DNA of 64,000 bases from an uncultured Actinomycetota bacterium (GCA_963723165.1 CAVRPP010000004.1:26644-90643), one strand, 5' to 3'; positions 1 through 9,206 are shown, numbered from the stretch's first letter. Notes: a model not told the origin generated them from the letters alone. Numbers and translations are program-made.

Positions 1-365
1 CTCACGACCTCGGAGACGGCAACGTTCACATTGGACCATCTGACTTCGTCTCCTGGTTGTCCGACCGCAAGTGGGCCTACATACGGCTGGAAGGGCGATC
101 ATTTGGTGATGTTCCGCTCAATCTCGAACTGAAACTCGAAGTGTGGGATTCGCCGAACTCTGCCGGAGTCGTGATAGACGCCATCCGGACGGTGCAGATT
201 GCCAGGGATCGAGGGACCGGGGGGCCCATCCCGGGACCGTCCGCCTACTTCATGAAAAGTCCACCCGTGCAATACCTCGACGAGGATGCTCGTGACTTCG
301 TGCTCGAATTCATCGCCGACGGAACCGCAGAAGAGGCCCGCATCGACGACTACCTGGCGGGTTGA
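1..365 (+). CDS. ino1: myo-inositol-1-phosphate synthase, C-terminal part (5' end outside window)
   Basis: Reading frame is open to the window edge. [31 protein letters not shown]...[11 protein letters not shown]...AYFMKSPP matches the conserved C-terminus of bacterial MIPS. Third-position GC is high. Confidence 0.8.
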   Translation, partial: HDLGDGNVHIGPSDFVSWLSDRKWAYIRLEGRSFGDVPLNLELKLEVWDSPNSAGVVIDAIRTVQIARDRGTGGPIPGPSAYFMKSPPVQYLDEDARDFVLEFIADGTAEEARIDDYLAG

Positions 366-389
366 CGGTCCGGCTCCGGGGCCTCCGGG

Positions 390-698
390 TCAACCAACGA
401 CAATCCGGGTCAGCCAGTAGCCGGCGGCACCTATGAGGATGGTCCCCACCAGCGATCGTCGAGTGGCGATAGCGCCGATCACCCCGCCCGCCGCACCGCC
501 GAGCGCAGGGGTTAGGGCCACAACCCCTTCCGGAGCTGCCAGTCCGTTGGCCGCAAGCGCTATGAACAAGGCCAGTGGGAAGACCTCGAGAAAACGGCCT
601 ATCAGTCCTGCGGGGACCGGACGGCGGCGAGCCAGAAACACCACCCTGCTGGCGAACGTAACTGCGGCAACCACGAGAATGAGTATCAAATCACTCAC
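390..698 (-). CDS. azlD: AzlD-like branched-chain amino acid transport protein (small subunit)
   Basis: 102-aa very hydrophobic ORF with an 8-nt overlap with the upstream azlC-like gene. This size and pairing are typical of AzlC/AzlD. Confidence 0.7.
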   Translation of the reverse strand: MSDLILILVVAAVTFASRVVFLARRRPVPAGLIGRFLEVFPLALFIALAANGLAAPEGVVALTPALGGAAGGVIGAIATRRSLVGTILIGAAGYWLTRIVVG

Positions 699-1359
699 GG
701 ATCGCCGTCCCGACCAGAGCGGCCACCGTGGCCGCTCCTGTGACCTGCCACGCCTCGGGGAGCACCAGGGTGGCGAGCAAAGCAGAACCTACCGCCAGGC
801 CGGCCACCAGCCAGTCACGACGGGTGCGAATCAGCGGAGCCGCCAGTCCCATGAACAGCAACGCGAAGAGGACGTCGATACCGAGTGCGTCCGGGTCGAC
901 GGCTCTGCCGACGAAGGCTCCGAACGCGGTCCCAACGACCCAGGCTGAGTACAGCATTACGTCGGCCGCGGCTTTGTAAGCCGCTAGATCGGGGACTCCG
1001 GTCTGCGAAGCTCGAAGGGTCAGACCGAAGGTTTCGTCGGTGAGTACCCAGGCGAGGCCCAGCCTGGTTCGCAGCGAACGGTCCCCGACCAGATCCGCCA
1101 GCTTTGCCGACATGGGCAAATGGCGCAGGGCCAGACCGGTCGTTGCAACCAGCACCGGGCCCGGGCCGGCGGCAAGCAGACCTACCAGCGCAAACTGGGC
1201 AGCTCCGGACACCACGAGGACAGAGGCCAGAACAGCCAACCACGGGGCCAGTCCGGCCTGGACTGCAATAACTCCGAAGGCGACCCCGAACAACGCCACA
1301 GCTAGGAATACCGGGAACCCGTCCCGCAAGCCGAGCCGGAACGAGGGACTAGCGAACAT
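691..1359 (-). CDS. azlC: AzlC-family branched-chain amino acid permease subunit
   Basis: 222-aa polytopic ORF with an AzlC-like layout, followed by azlD. Confidence 0.8.
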   Translation of the reverse strand: MFASPSFRLGLRDGFPVFLAVALFGVAFGVIAVQAGLAPWLAVLASVLVVSGAAQFALVGLLAAGPGPVLVATTGLALRHLPMSAKLADLVGDRSLRTRLGLAWVLTDETFGLTLRASQTGVPDLAAYKAAADVMLYSAWVVGTAFGAFVGRAVDPDALGIDVLFALLFMGLAAPLIRTRRDWLVAGLAVGSALLATLVLPEAWQVTGAATVAALVGTAIRE

Positions 1360-1558
1360 CGGGCGATCCTAGAAGGGTTACCCGGCCGTTTCTCCCATCG
1401 GCCCTCGTCTCTGCCCGCGGCGGGATCCACGGACGCGACCCGCAACACGGAAATATGAACGGCTTCGAACACCGGTCCACACATAGCGCATGACGACCGG
1501 CGGCAAGGCCTGCCCGTGCGAGCCCATCATGTTGGAGGTTTCCCCCCGACCGCCTCCC

Positions 1559-3514
1559 TCAAACGGTGCGGGAGGAAACCACCACTTCGACCAGCGCCGG
1601 GCCATCTTCCACAGCGAGCGCTGCGGCGAAGGCACCCTCGAGGTCGTCCGGATCCTCGACCCGGAATCCTTGCCCGCCACACATGGTGGCGAAATCGGCG
1701 AAGTTGGGATTCACCAGATCGGTCTGCCAGACCGGACGAAGCGCACCGATCTGTTCACGACTGATCTTCCCCAGTTCATTGTTGTTCAAGAGGATATGGG
1801 TTATCGGCATCCGGTACTTCACCGCGGTTGTGAACTCGGCGAGATACTGCCCAAAACCTCCGTCGCCGGAGATTGAAACGACTTTGCGCCCCGAATCCCT
1901 GACAGCGGCCCATGCGCCGAGTGCGGCCGGGAACGCGAATCCGATGGATCCGAGATATCCCGACATCAGCACATCTTGATCGCCGCGGCACTCGAAGTAG
2001 TGGCCGAAGGAATAGGTGTTGTTGCCGACATCCACGGAAAGAACGGCATCTTCCGGAACCAGTCCGGCCAGGTGCTCGAAGACCGCAGCCGGATGCATCC
2101 GGCCCTGCTGATCGCGGGTTGCTGCCCGGATGGCCTTCTCCGCTCGCCATCGTTTCCACCGCTCAGCAATATCGGCCCGAATCTCTGGACGCTCTGCCGG
2201 GGTAAGGGCCTGCCGAAAGTCGGCCAGAGTGCGGCCGATCTCTCCCCAGAGTGGGACATCGATCGGGCGGAACTTCCCAAGCATCATCCGGTCGAAATCG
2301 ACCTGGACAGTCGGCACCCATTCGGCAATCCCCGAGTGATTCGAAAAGGAGGCGCCCAGCACCAGCAGGACATCGGATTTCGTCATCACCGCCGACGCGA
2401 TAGGAGTTCCGGACCGGCCCACCACCCCGCACGCCAGGGGATGGCCGTCCGGTATCAGGCCTTTGGCCTTGAAGGTAGTGATGACCGGAGCGTCGATTTG
2501 CTCGGCGAGGGCAATCAACTCGCGTCGGAACGGTCGGGCACCGCTGCCGGCGATGATCGCCGGACGCTTCGCACTTCGCAGCAAGCCGAGAGCTCGGTCC
2601 ATCTCTCCCGGCGGAGGAGCAATCTCGGAAACTGCAATACGGCCGTCTCGCGGTTGTTCGGGAGGCTGCTCCAGCCCGGGCAGGTTCTGGACCTCATCGG
2701 GGAAAATCAGATGGGCGACATCACGATTCACGATGGCGTGCTTCAGTGCCAGCGCCATCAACTCCGATGCGTTCTCCCGCACGAGGACGGTCTGGCTCCA
2801 TTCCGCAACGGCGGCGAACGCCTCACTGAGCGGGATCTCCTGGAAGGCTCCCGGGCCGAGTACCTGGGTTTGCACCTGTCCGGTCAGCGCCAGAATCGGA
2901 ACTCGATCGACCTTGGCGTCCCACAATCCGGTGAGCAGGTTGGTAGCACCGGGTCCGGCGATGCCGAAGCAGGCGGCCGGGCGGCCCGTCAATTTGGCGT
3001 AACCCGAGGCGGCAAAGGCGGCAGCCCCTTCGTGGCGGATGCCGATGTAGACAAGTCGGCCGTCCTCCTCGGCCTTGCGGAATGCATCGGCCAGGCCAAG
3101 ATTCGAGTGACCGACCATACCGAAGACGGAATCAACGCCCCATCCGGTCATGACATCGACCATCTGGTCCATCAGGGTCGGGTCGTCGGAGGGAATCGGC
3201 AACTGCGCGTACAGGCCGTCTGCCCGTTGCTCGACCGGATAGCTTGTCGCGGCGTCGACGAAACCGGGGGGCGGTTCGCCGGTGATGGGGTCGTACTCAT
3301 AGCCATGCCAGGGGCACAGGACGTATCCGTGGTCGATCTCACCATCGCCGAGCGGCCCACCCTGGTGCGGGCAGTGGTTGTCGAGCACGCCGTATCCGGC
3401 CTCGGTTCGGGTGATGCAGAGAGCCCGGCCCGCCACGACGACGGTGGTGACCCGGCCCACCTCCAATGCGCCCGGATCGATCCTGTGCCAGGCAGCCTGA
3501 TCGGCGTCGCTCAT
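1559..3514 (-). CDS. Rieske [2Fe-2S] domain fused to a thiamine-diphosphate enzyme (acetolactate synthase / pyruvate oxidase family)
   Basis: Uninterrupted 651-codon ORF. The N-terminal ~100 aa carries CPHQGGPL and CPWHGYEY (Rieske CxH / CxxH ligands). The rest is a complete TPP enzyme (GHSNLG..., GIAGPGATNL, GDGGFGQY...ILLNNNELG). Confidence 0.85.
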   Translation of the reverse strand: MSDADQAAWHRIDPGALEVGRVTTVVVAGRALCITRTEAGYGVLDNHCPHQGGPLGDGEIDHGYVLCPWHGYEYDPITGEPPPGFVDAATSYPVEQRADGLYAQLPIPSDDPTLMDQMVDVMTGWGVDSVFGMVGHSNLGLADAFRKAEEDGRLVYIGIRHEGAAAFAASGYAKLTGRPAACFGIAGPGATNLLTGLWDAKVDRVPILALTGQVQTQVLGPGAFQEIPLSEAFAAVAEWSQTVLVRENASELMALALKHAIVNRDVAHLIFPDEVQNLPGLEQPPEQPRDGRIAVSEIAPPPGEMDRALGLLRSAKRPAIIAGSGARPFRRELIALAEQIDAPVITTFKAKGLIPDGHPLACGVVGRSGTPIASAVMTKSDVLLVLGASFSNHSGIAEWVPTVQVDFDRMMLGKFRPIDVPLWGEIGRTLADFRQALTPAERPEIRADIAERWKRWRAEKAIRAATRDQQGRMHPAAVFEHLAGLVPEDAVLSVDVGNNTYSFGHYFECRGDQDVLMSGYLGSIGFAFPAALGAWAAVRDSGRKVVSISGDGGFGQYLAEFTTAVKYRMPITHILLNNNELGKISREQIGALRPVWQTDLVNPNFADFATMCGGQGFRVEDPDDLEGAFAAALAVEDGPALVEVVVSSRTV

Positions 3515-3594
3515 GATCCAGCCTCTCGGTAGCTGCCAAAAACCTAGCGGGGTTGGGTCGTTGGCCGCCGCAGAGGCGATTCGACGATGGGAAG

Positions 3595-3750
3595 TCAGAG
3601 GGCGGCGACCCCTGGTCTCCGCTTGATAAGCCCGCTGAAAGCACTCGCCAACAGAACTCCGGCTACGACTCCGACAGTGTTGAGGATGACGTCGTCGACG
3701 TCGATCGCCCGTCGGGCCACCGGCCTGCTGGATGATTCATCCGCTCTCAC
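3595..3750 (-). CDS. small ORF (41-51 aa) resembling only the last transmembrane helix of VanZ-family proteins
   Basis: GTG at 3750 (or 3720) to TGA at 3595. RRAIDVDDVILNTVGVVAGVLLA resembles the VanZ C-terminal motif (R..D..D...N..G...G). It overlaps the 3' end of the lipoprotein gene by 14 nt. Shorter than the 60-aa cutoff of the ORF track. Confidence 0.35.
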   Translation of the reverse strand: MRADESSSRPVARRAIDVDDVILNTVGVVAGVLLASAFSGLIKRRPGVAAL

Positions 3751-4603
3751 AGGTCGGGACGGGCGGTTCGCTCAGGTCGAGCCATTCGATCGGGTAGTCG
3801 GCCAGACGAAGCCCGGCAACCATCGGCTCGTTGCGCAGGGACTCGAGGGATCCGACCGGAACCTCGGCCTGGACGGCCTCGATGAGCACTCCCGACTCTC
3901 GCAGGGCAACCGCTTCCTGCTCCATGACCGCGAAGGCATTCAAAGGCATCTGGCCGCCGGTCACCGGAGTTGTGCTGTTCTCCATTTCCTCGCGTGATTG
4001 GCGGGCTCGCTCGACTCCGTCGAAGTAGGCAAAGCGGCTGGGGGTATCAATAGGCCAGTCACTGATCCCCGCAAAACAGACGTAGTCGGTCCGCCAGGCA
4101 GAAATCAGCACCGCGCTGTGCAGGGCGGCCAGTTGTTCCACTGCGGATAGGTCCAGTGGGCTGGTGAAGAGGAGGCCCGCCGTGACGGCCCGGTCGGGAT
4201 GGGCCGCGCTCAACACCGCTATTGCCCGCTCGTCAAGTGCCGGAAGACGCAGGCGCACTTCGCTCTCGTACTTCCGCTGCGCGGCAAGCAGGTCGTCCTC
4301 CGACCGCTGGGTCGGAATCGTCGTGCCCGGCTCACCCTCCGATACGGATTGATCGCACAGCTCCCAGAACCGCTGGGTGTCATCTTCGGTCGCGAATACA
4401 CAGCTTTCGCGCCCCGGGTTCCAATCGAGGTACACCAGGCCCTCAACACAACGGTCGGGAGTTTGGGTGGCACACCATGTATCCAGATCAACCAACGGAG
4501 CGGACGTCGATGGATTGGTGGGGTCGGCGGCGTTTCCCGTTCCGGAGCCGTCCGGAGCGCACGCAGTCGCCACCACCATGAGGACAAGGAGGAGCTTCTT
4601 CAT
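3737..4603 (-). CDS. putative lipoprotein, unknown function
   Basis: MKKLLLVLMVVATAC is a signal peptide with a lipobox-like Cys, followed by a Pro/Thr/Ser linker and several Cys. Lies directly downstream of the RR-HK pair. Confidence 0.75.
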   Translation of the reverse strand: MKKLLLVLMVVATACAPDGSGTGNAADPTNPSTSAPLVDLDTWCATQTPDRCVEGLVYLDWNPGRESCVFATEDDTQRFWELCDQSVSEGEPGTTIPTQRSEDDLLAAQRKYESEVRLRLPALDERAIAVLSAAHPDRAVTAGLLFTSPLDLSAVEQLAALHSAVLISAWRTDYVCFAGISDWPIDTPSRFAYFDGVERARQSREEMENSTTPVTGGQMPLNAFAVMEQEAVALRESGVLIEAVQAEVPVGSLESLRNEPMVAGLRLADYPIEWLDLSEPPVPTCESG

Positions 4604-4692
4604 GCTCGTGAGACGTTTGGACCGGCCATTGGGTTCCGTATTTCGGGAAGGGATCGATCATCCGGCATCGGGCAGGATTCTTTCGTTGTCAT

Positions 4693-5874
4693 TCAAGGAA
4701 TGACCGGCAAACGGAAGGCCACCCGGCCACCCGGACCAGGTTCAATGGCGATCGAACCGCCGTGCGCCTCAACCAGACCCTTGGCAATCGCCATTCCCAG
4801 GCCGGCTCCACCATGCGTGCGGGTCCGGGCGGCGTCACCCTTAGTGAAGCTCTCAAACACGTCGACTTTGTCCGGGAAACCCGGACCCTGGTCGACGATC
4901 CTCACGGTCGCAACCGGTCCCCCGTTGCCTACCTCCACTCGCACGCGTGATGCGGCCGGCGCGTAGCGAATCGCATTGTCGAGGAGGTTTCGGATCACCC
5001 TCCCCAACTCCCTTTCACTCGCCAACACTGTGATGTGCTGATCGGTCATGATGTCGATCTCTACTCCCCGGCGACGAGCGACCGGCGTCATGGCCTCAAC
5101 TGCCTCGTCCGCCAGATCGGAGAGATCGACCGGTTCGGAATGCAGCTCCAGCTTGCCTGCCTCGATCTGAGCCAGGAGAAAGAGATCGTCCACAAGACCA
5201 GACAGCAGGTCGAGATCGGCCAGCATCGAGCGCAAATAGCGTTCGGGCTCTTCGGCCACGCCATCCTGGAGAGCCTCGATGGTGGCTTTCATCGAAGTAA
5301 GCGGCGTGCGGAGGTCGTGCCCGACGGCAGCCAGGAAGGCCCGGCGGGCCGCCTCGATCTGGTCCCGTTCTGCGTCCGCACCCCGAAGAGCCTCGATCAT
5401 GCCGTCCATCGCCACCGCCACGGTCCCAACCTCGTCGGGACGATCGAGGCCGGCCAGTGCCGACAGATCACCCCTGCCGACGCGCCGGGCGGTTCCTGCC
5501 AGCTGCTCGAGGTCCGCAGCCAGAGGACGGGAAATGGTTGCAGCGAGGAGCGCTCCGAGCACCACCCCGAGGCCCACCGCAACCACCACCAGTCGCAGGT
5601 CGTGGGACGACAGGAACATCAACTGAGCGGAGACGGCCACCGCAACGGCCACGACGGCCACAGCCGCCATGGAGACCAGGAGAACGGTGTGACGCAGCGT
5701 ACGGAATCTGATGGTCATGCGCGGCAACAGCCAGCTCGCCAGGCCGGTCGCTCCGGCAATTGACCCGAAGATCACGAGGAGGGCGGCGCGATCGGCTGCC
5801 GATGGCTGCATCGTCAGCTCGATGACGGCCAATGCCGCCACCACGACCGCAACGAGCACAAGGACGAATCTCAT
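4693..5874 (-). CDS. sensor histidine kinase (2 TM, HAMP, HisKA, HATPase_c)
   Basis: H-box AAVGHDLRTPLTSM; N/G boxes LLDNAIRYA, DQGPGF, GGAGLGMAIAKG. Start MRFVLVLV at 5874 gives an ATGA overlap with the RR stop codon. Confidence 0.9.
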   Translation of the reverse strand: MRFVLVLVAVVVAALAVIELTMQPSAADRAALLVIFGSIAGATGLASWLLPRMTIRFRTLRHTVLLVSMAAVAVVAVAVAVSAQLMFLSSHDLRLVVVAVGLGVVLGALLAATISRPLAADLEQLAGTARRVGRGDLSALAGLDRPDEVGTVAVAMDGMIEALRGADAERDQIEAARRAFLAAVGHDLRTPLTSMKATIEALQDGVAEEPERYLRSMLADLDLLSGLVDDLFLLAQIEAGKLELHSEPVDLSDLADEAVEAMTPVARRRGVEIDIMTDQHITVLASERELGRVIRNLLDNAIRYAPAASRVRVEVGNGGPVATVRIVDQGPGFPDKVDVFESFTKGDAARTRTHGGAGLGMAIAKGLVEAHGGSIAIEPGPGGRVAFRLPVIP

Positions 5875-6569
5875 GATTCGAACCGGTACCCGACGCCCCA
5901 GACCGTCAAGAGCCAGCGGGGATCTTGCGGATCGGTCTCGAGCTTGGTCCGCAGGCGGCGCATGTGCACGGTGACTGTGGCGGGATCCTGCCATTCTGCC
6001 GACGAGTCCCACACCTGCTGGAGAAGCTGGCCGCGTGAGAACACCTGGCGGGGATGAGAGGCCAAAAAGGCGAGCAACTCGAACTCTTTCGGGGTCAAGT
6101 CGACCGTTCTGTCGCCGACCTGGACTTCCCGGGTCTTCGGATCGATTGAGAGACCGTCGAACTCGAGCCGCGAACCTGGTTCTTCGGGATTGGATCGCCG
6201 CAACACGGAACGGACCCGGGCGGCCAGTTCCCTGGGAGAGAACGGCTTGACCACGTAGTCGTCGGCTCCGAGCTCGAGGCCCAGCACCCGGTCGGTCTCA
6301 TCCGCACGGGCCGTCAGCAGGATCACCGGGACGGCACTCGTTTTCCGGAGTTCCTGCAGGACGCTGAAGCCGTCCTTCGAGGGCAGCATCACGTCGAGGA
6401 TCATGAGATCCGGGGGTCGGGTCCGAGCCAACTCGAGGGCCGCCAGCCCATCCCCGGTTGCGTCGACCCGGAATCCGTCGCGTTCCAGATAGCGGGTGAC
6501 AACCTCGCGCACCATCGGCTCGTCGTCGACGACGAGCACCCTCCCGCTTGAATGGCCGGTTGCACTCAT
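5871..6569 (-). CDS. OmpR/PhoB-family response regulator
   Basis: Receiver domain RVLVVDDEP...DLMILDVMLP...ILLTA...KPF, then a winged-helix C-terminus (LTPKEFELL...VWGVGYRF). Start MSATGHSS at 6569 chosen over the longer ORF. Confidence 0.9.
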   Translation of the reverse strand: MSATGHSSGRVLVVDDEPMVREVVTRYLERDGFRVDATGDGLAALELARTRPPDLMILDVMLPSKDGFSVLQELRKTSAVPVILLTARADETDRVLGLELGADDYVVKPFSPRELAARVRSVLRRSNPEEPGSRLEFDGLSIDPKTREVQVGDRTVDLTPKEFELLAFLASHPRQVFSRGQLLQQVWDSSAEWQDPATVTVHMRRLRTKLETDPQDPRWLLTVWGVGYRFES

Positions 6570-6607
6570 ACTGGTCAGGTTACGAAACCTGGGGGGGAAC
6601 TCAACAA

Positions 6608-6624
6608 CGAAACACTGTGTTTCG
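6608..6624. promoter_or_regulatory. 8-bp inverted repeat CGAAACAC-T-GTGTTTCG upstream of the RR-HK operon
   Basis: Perfect arms, 39-55 nt upstream of the RR start. ACGAAAC also occurs at 6582-6588. Function is inferred only from position. Confidence 0.3.
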
Positions 6625-7203
6625 AGTTTGTTCACCATCGTCCCGACGGTGTATTCACTTCGAGAGCCTGCTCTCCTGAGGACCCCATCGCCCAACATTG
6701 CCCTGTTTGGCTCCAAGTTCACGGGCAAAGCGCACTCCAGGTGGCGACGGGGCGGCAGGGTCGGAACTATCACGGCAGAGGGGTCTAGCTGCAGAGTTGG
6801 GGAAGACCGGACACTCGAATTGGCCGGCGGTTTCAGAAATCCACGCCCGGAACAGGCGCCCGGGCGATCTCATGGCGCACATCATCGACATGGCCCGGAC
6901 CGTCACGGGCGACGAATAGCGCGGTGACCGGGGCCATCGAACAACGGTTCAACAGGCAAAGACCTCTCGAGGAGCAATCCAACGAACGTGGGACGCAGTT
7001 CCGTCGTTGATCCTGGCCAAGATGGGGCCCATCTCATCACCGGTTTATACCGGTTCGGGCTGCCCGAGAATGCTCGCCCCGTGGGGTCAAGCGGGATCCG
7101 GGCACCGGTTTCCCAAATGTTCAGGATCAGGAAACATCCTCGCAAGATGCGGGTCGCACGCTGGGGACAGGTCGGAAGTACCGACCAAGGAAAGGAAGTC
7201 ATC

Positions 7204-7608
7204 ATGCGACGAGTCATCATCGCGATGCTGGGGGCACTCATGGTCTTGACCATGGCGGTGCCCGTCCTGGCAGCGCCAGACAAGGTCGGGTTCGGTGAGC
7301 TGTTCTACGACGGCGACGTGGTCCGCACGGTCGTTCCGCCGGCAGCAGCACCCCAGACGGGTCGGGACAACTTGTACGCCGTTATGGGAGGGGCAGAGGG
7401 TCAGCGGCCCGTCGCCGCGGTTGCGCCCGGAGACAAGGACTATCACGGTGGTAAGTGGGCGTTCCACTCGGTCACCTGGAACACAACCCCGCGGCTCCTT
7501 ACCTCCGAGTCTGAGGTCTTGGCGGCAGAAGCTGTTGGGGATGTGGACATCATGAGACTCCCCGAGAATGACTTCAAGTGCCCGATTCAACCCGGCCCCC
7601 GCCGCTGA
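7204..7608 (+). CDS. small secreted protein, unknown function
   Basis: ATG at 7204 is preceded by GGAAAGGAAG. MRRVIIAMLGALMVLTMAVPVLAAP is a signal peptide. Followed by a hairpin terminator. Confidence 0.7.
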   Translation: MRRVIIAMLGALMVLTMAVPVLAAPDKVGFGELFYDGDVVRTVVPPAAAPQTGRDNLYAVMGGAEGQRPVAAVAPGDKDYHGGKWAFHSVTWNTTPRLLTSESEVLAAEAVGDVDIMRLPENDFKCPIQPGPRR

Positions 7609-7625
7609 CCCAAAGCGACTCGCAC

Positions 7626-7659
7626 CGACCCATCGCTCCGGCGGTGGGTCGTTTGCGTT
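7626..7659 (+). terminator. putative intrinsic terminator
   Basis: Stem CGACCCA (7626-7632) / TGGGTCG (7645-7651) followed by TTTGCGTT. Confidence 0.5.
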
Positions 7660-7669
7660 GACGGTGACC

Positions 7670-8834
7670 TCACCGATTGATGACGCTGCCTGCAGGACTG
7701 GAACGCCTCAACGCCTCTATGGAGCCGACCAGCAAGACGGTGGTCACTACCAGTACCGCACCGACTACCTCCAGCCCGAGACTCGAGACGAGCAGGCCCA
7801 TTCCGCCGGGAATGACGGCCGCCCCGGCGGTTGCCGCTGCCAACTGATAGCCGACCGCGGTAGGCGTATACGCCACACCTACCCGCCTCGGAGTAAGGGT
7901 TGTTTGCAGCGGAAAGATCGGACCCAGGGCGAATCCTGCTATCACCAGACCCACCGGTCCCGCCCAGGTCACCGGGTTCAACCAGAGAGCGCCCACCCCG
8001 ACCAGAACCAGCGTTGAACTGATACCGAGAAGTCGATGGACGGGGACCCGGTGACCCACCAGGCCCAAACCCAATCGTGCCACGGTCAGAGCCCCCCAGA
8101 AGGCGGTAACGGCGAGGCCGGCCGCTGCCGTCGACATCCCTCTGCCTTCGGTCAGCAAGCTGTAAGCCCACTGGCCGGTCCCGACTTCAACGCCCGAGTA
8201 CAGCGCGAACACCGCCAGCGCTCCCATCATCACACCCCTGCGGCCGGGCCCGGCGGACGCAGACGAATCGACCGGGTCGGCCACGACATCCCACCGCGAG
8301 CCGCGTCCTCAAATACAGCACGGCCAGGACTCCTTGCCCGACCGCCAGCAACACGAACCCGATACGCCACGATGAGTCGGTTTCGATCAGCGCCGTCATC
8401 ATCAACGGTCCGAGTGTGGCGCCCACCCCGAACCCGGCGTGCAGCATCCCCATTGCCCTCGCTCCATGCCGCACGGCCACCACCGCGTTGACCCCGGCGT
8501 CGATGATTCCTCCCGCCAAACCGAGACCGGCGGCGGCCACCAGCAGCCACACCCACGATGCAGCAACGGCATAGCCGACCAGGCTCGCCGTCGCCAACAC
8601 AGCGGCCACCATCAAAGGGGGCCCCATTTGGAAACGGCGGCTCAATGAGCCGGTGGATACCGAGGAAAGGAAATAGCCGATCACATAGACAGTGATCACC
8701 AGCCCCAGATCACCGATCGACCGTCCAAAGTCCCCCGCAACGGACGGCCAGGCGATTCCAAACGCCGACTTGGGCATACCCAGCAGCACAAAGGTCGCGA
8801 TGCTCAGAGCCAGCAATCCCAGGGGCTTTTTCAC
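7670..8834 (-). pseudogene. MFS transporter, frameshifted as sequenced
   Basis: The N-terminal six-TM half (ORF 8187..8939, start GTG 8834, VKKPLGLLALS...) and the C-terminal six-TM half (ORF 7670..8284) are in different frames. The frames must be joined between 8291 and 8308. Confidence 0.75.
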
Positions 8835-8951
8835 GCCGGAGACGGTAGCGTCCGCCGGCAGCCAACGGATGCAGACCGGAGTCCGATACGGTCCTATTGG
8901 CCAGGCTGCACCCCGACCCTGGGTGCGGGCCGGAACCACTAAATTCCCCTC

Positions 8952-9206
8952 ATGGAACCCGGGCGGAAGAAGCTGTCGTCACACGACGCCGACCTGGTCG
9001 TCGACCTCGATAACGGGTGTCGCCTGGCATCGTTGCGAGTAGGCGGACAGGAGCTGCTTGTCACCACGGGACGCTCCCCTATCGAGTGGGGCCTCTACCC
9101 GATGGCGCCCCATGCGGGCCGGATCCGCCACGGGGGTTTCGAGTTTCGATGGGCAGACCCACAACCTCACCCTCCAATGGACCAAGCCCGAAATGAGGAG
9201 ACATGA
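8952..9206 (+). pseudogene. truncated aldose-1-epimerase-like gene remnant (N-terminal ~70-85 codons only)
   Basis: LASLRVGGQELLV...WGLYPMAPHAGRIRHGGFEF resembles the N-terminal beta-strands of aldose epimerase family proteins. The expected continuation FDGQTHNLTL is in another frame. The ORF then runs into the next gene's start. Confidence 0.45.

Noticed and set aside
1976-3532. 518-aa ORF on the plus strand
   Set aside because: It lies antisense to the Rieske-TPP gene. It has no recognisable motifs and looks like a high-GC shadow ORF.
6570-7203. Known riboswitch class (for example the c-di-AMP ydaO type) upstream of the secreted-protein gene
   Set aside because: A few short matches (ACGGGG, GGGGAAGACC) are not enough to assign a class by eye. 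This needs a covariance-model scan, so only the anomaly is reported.
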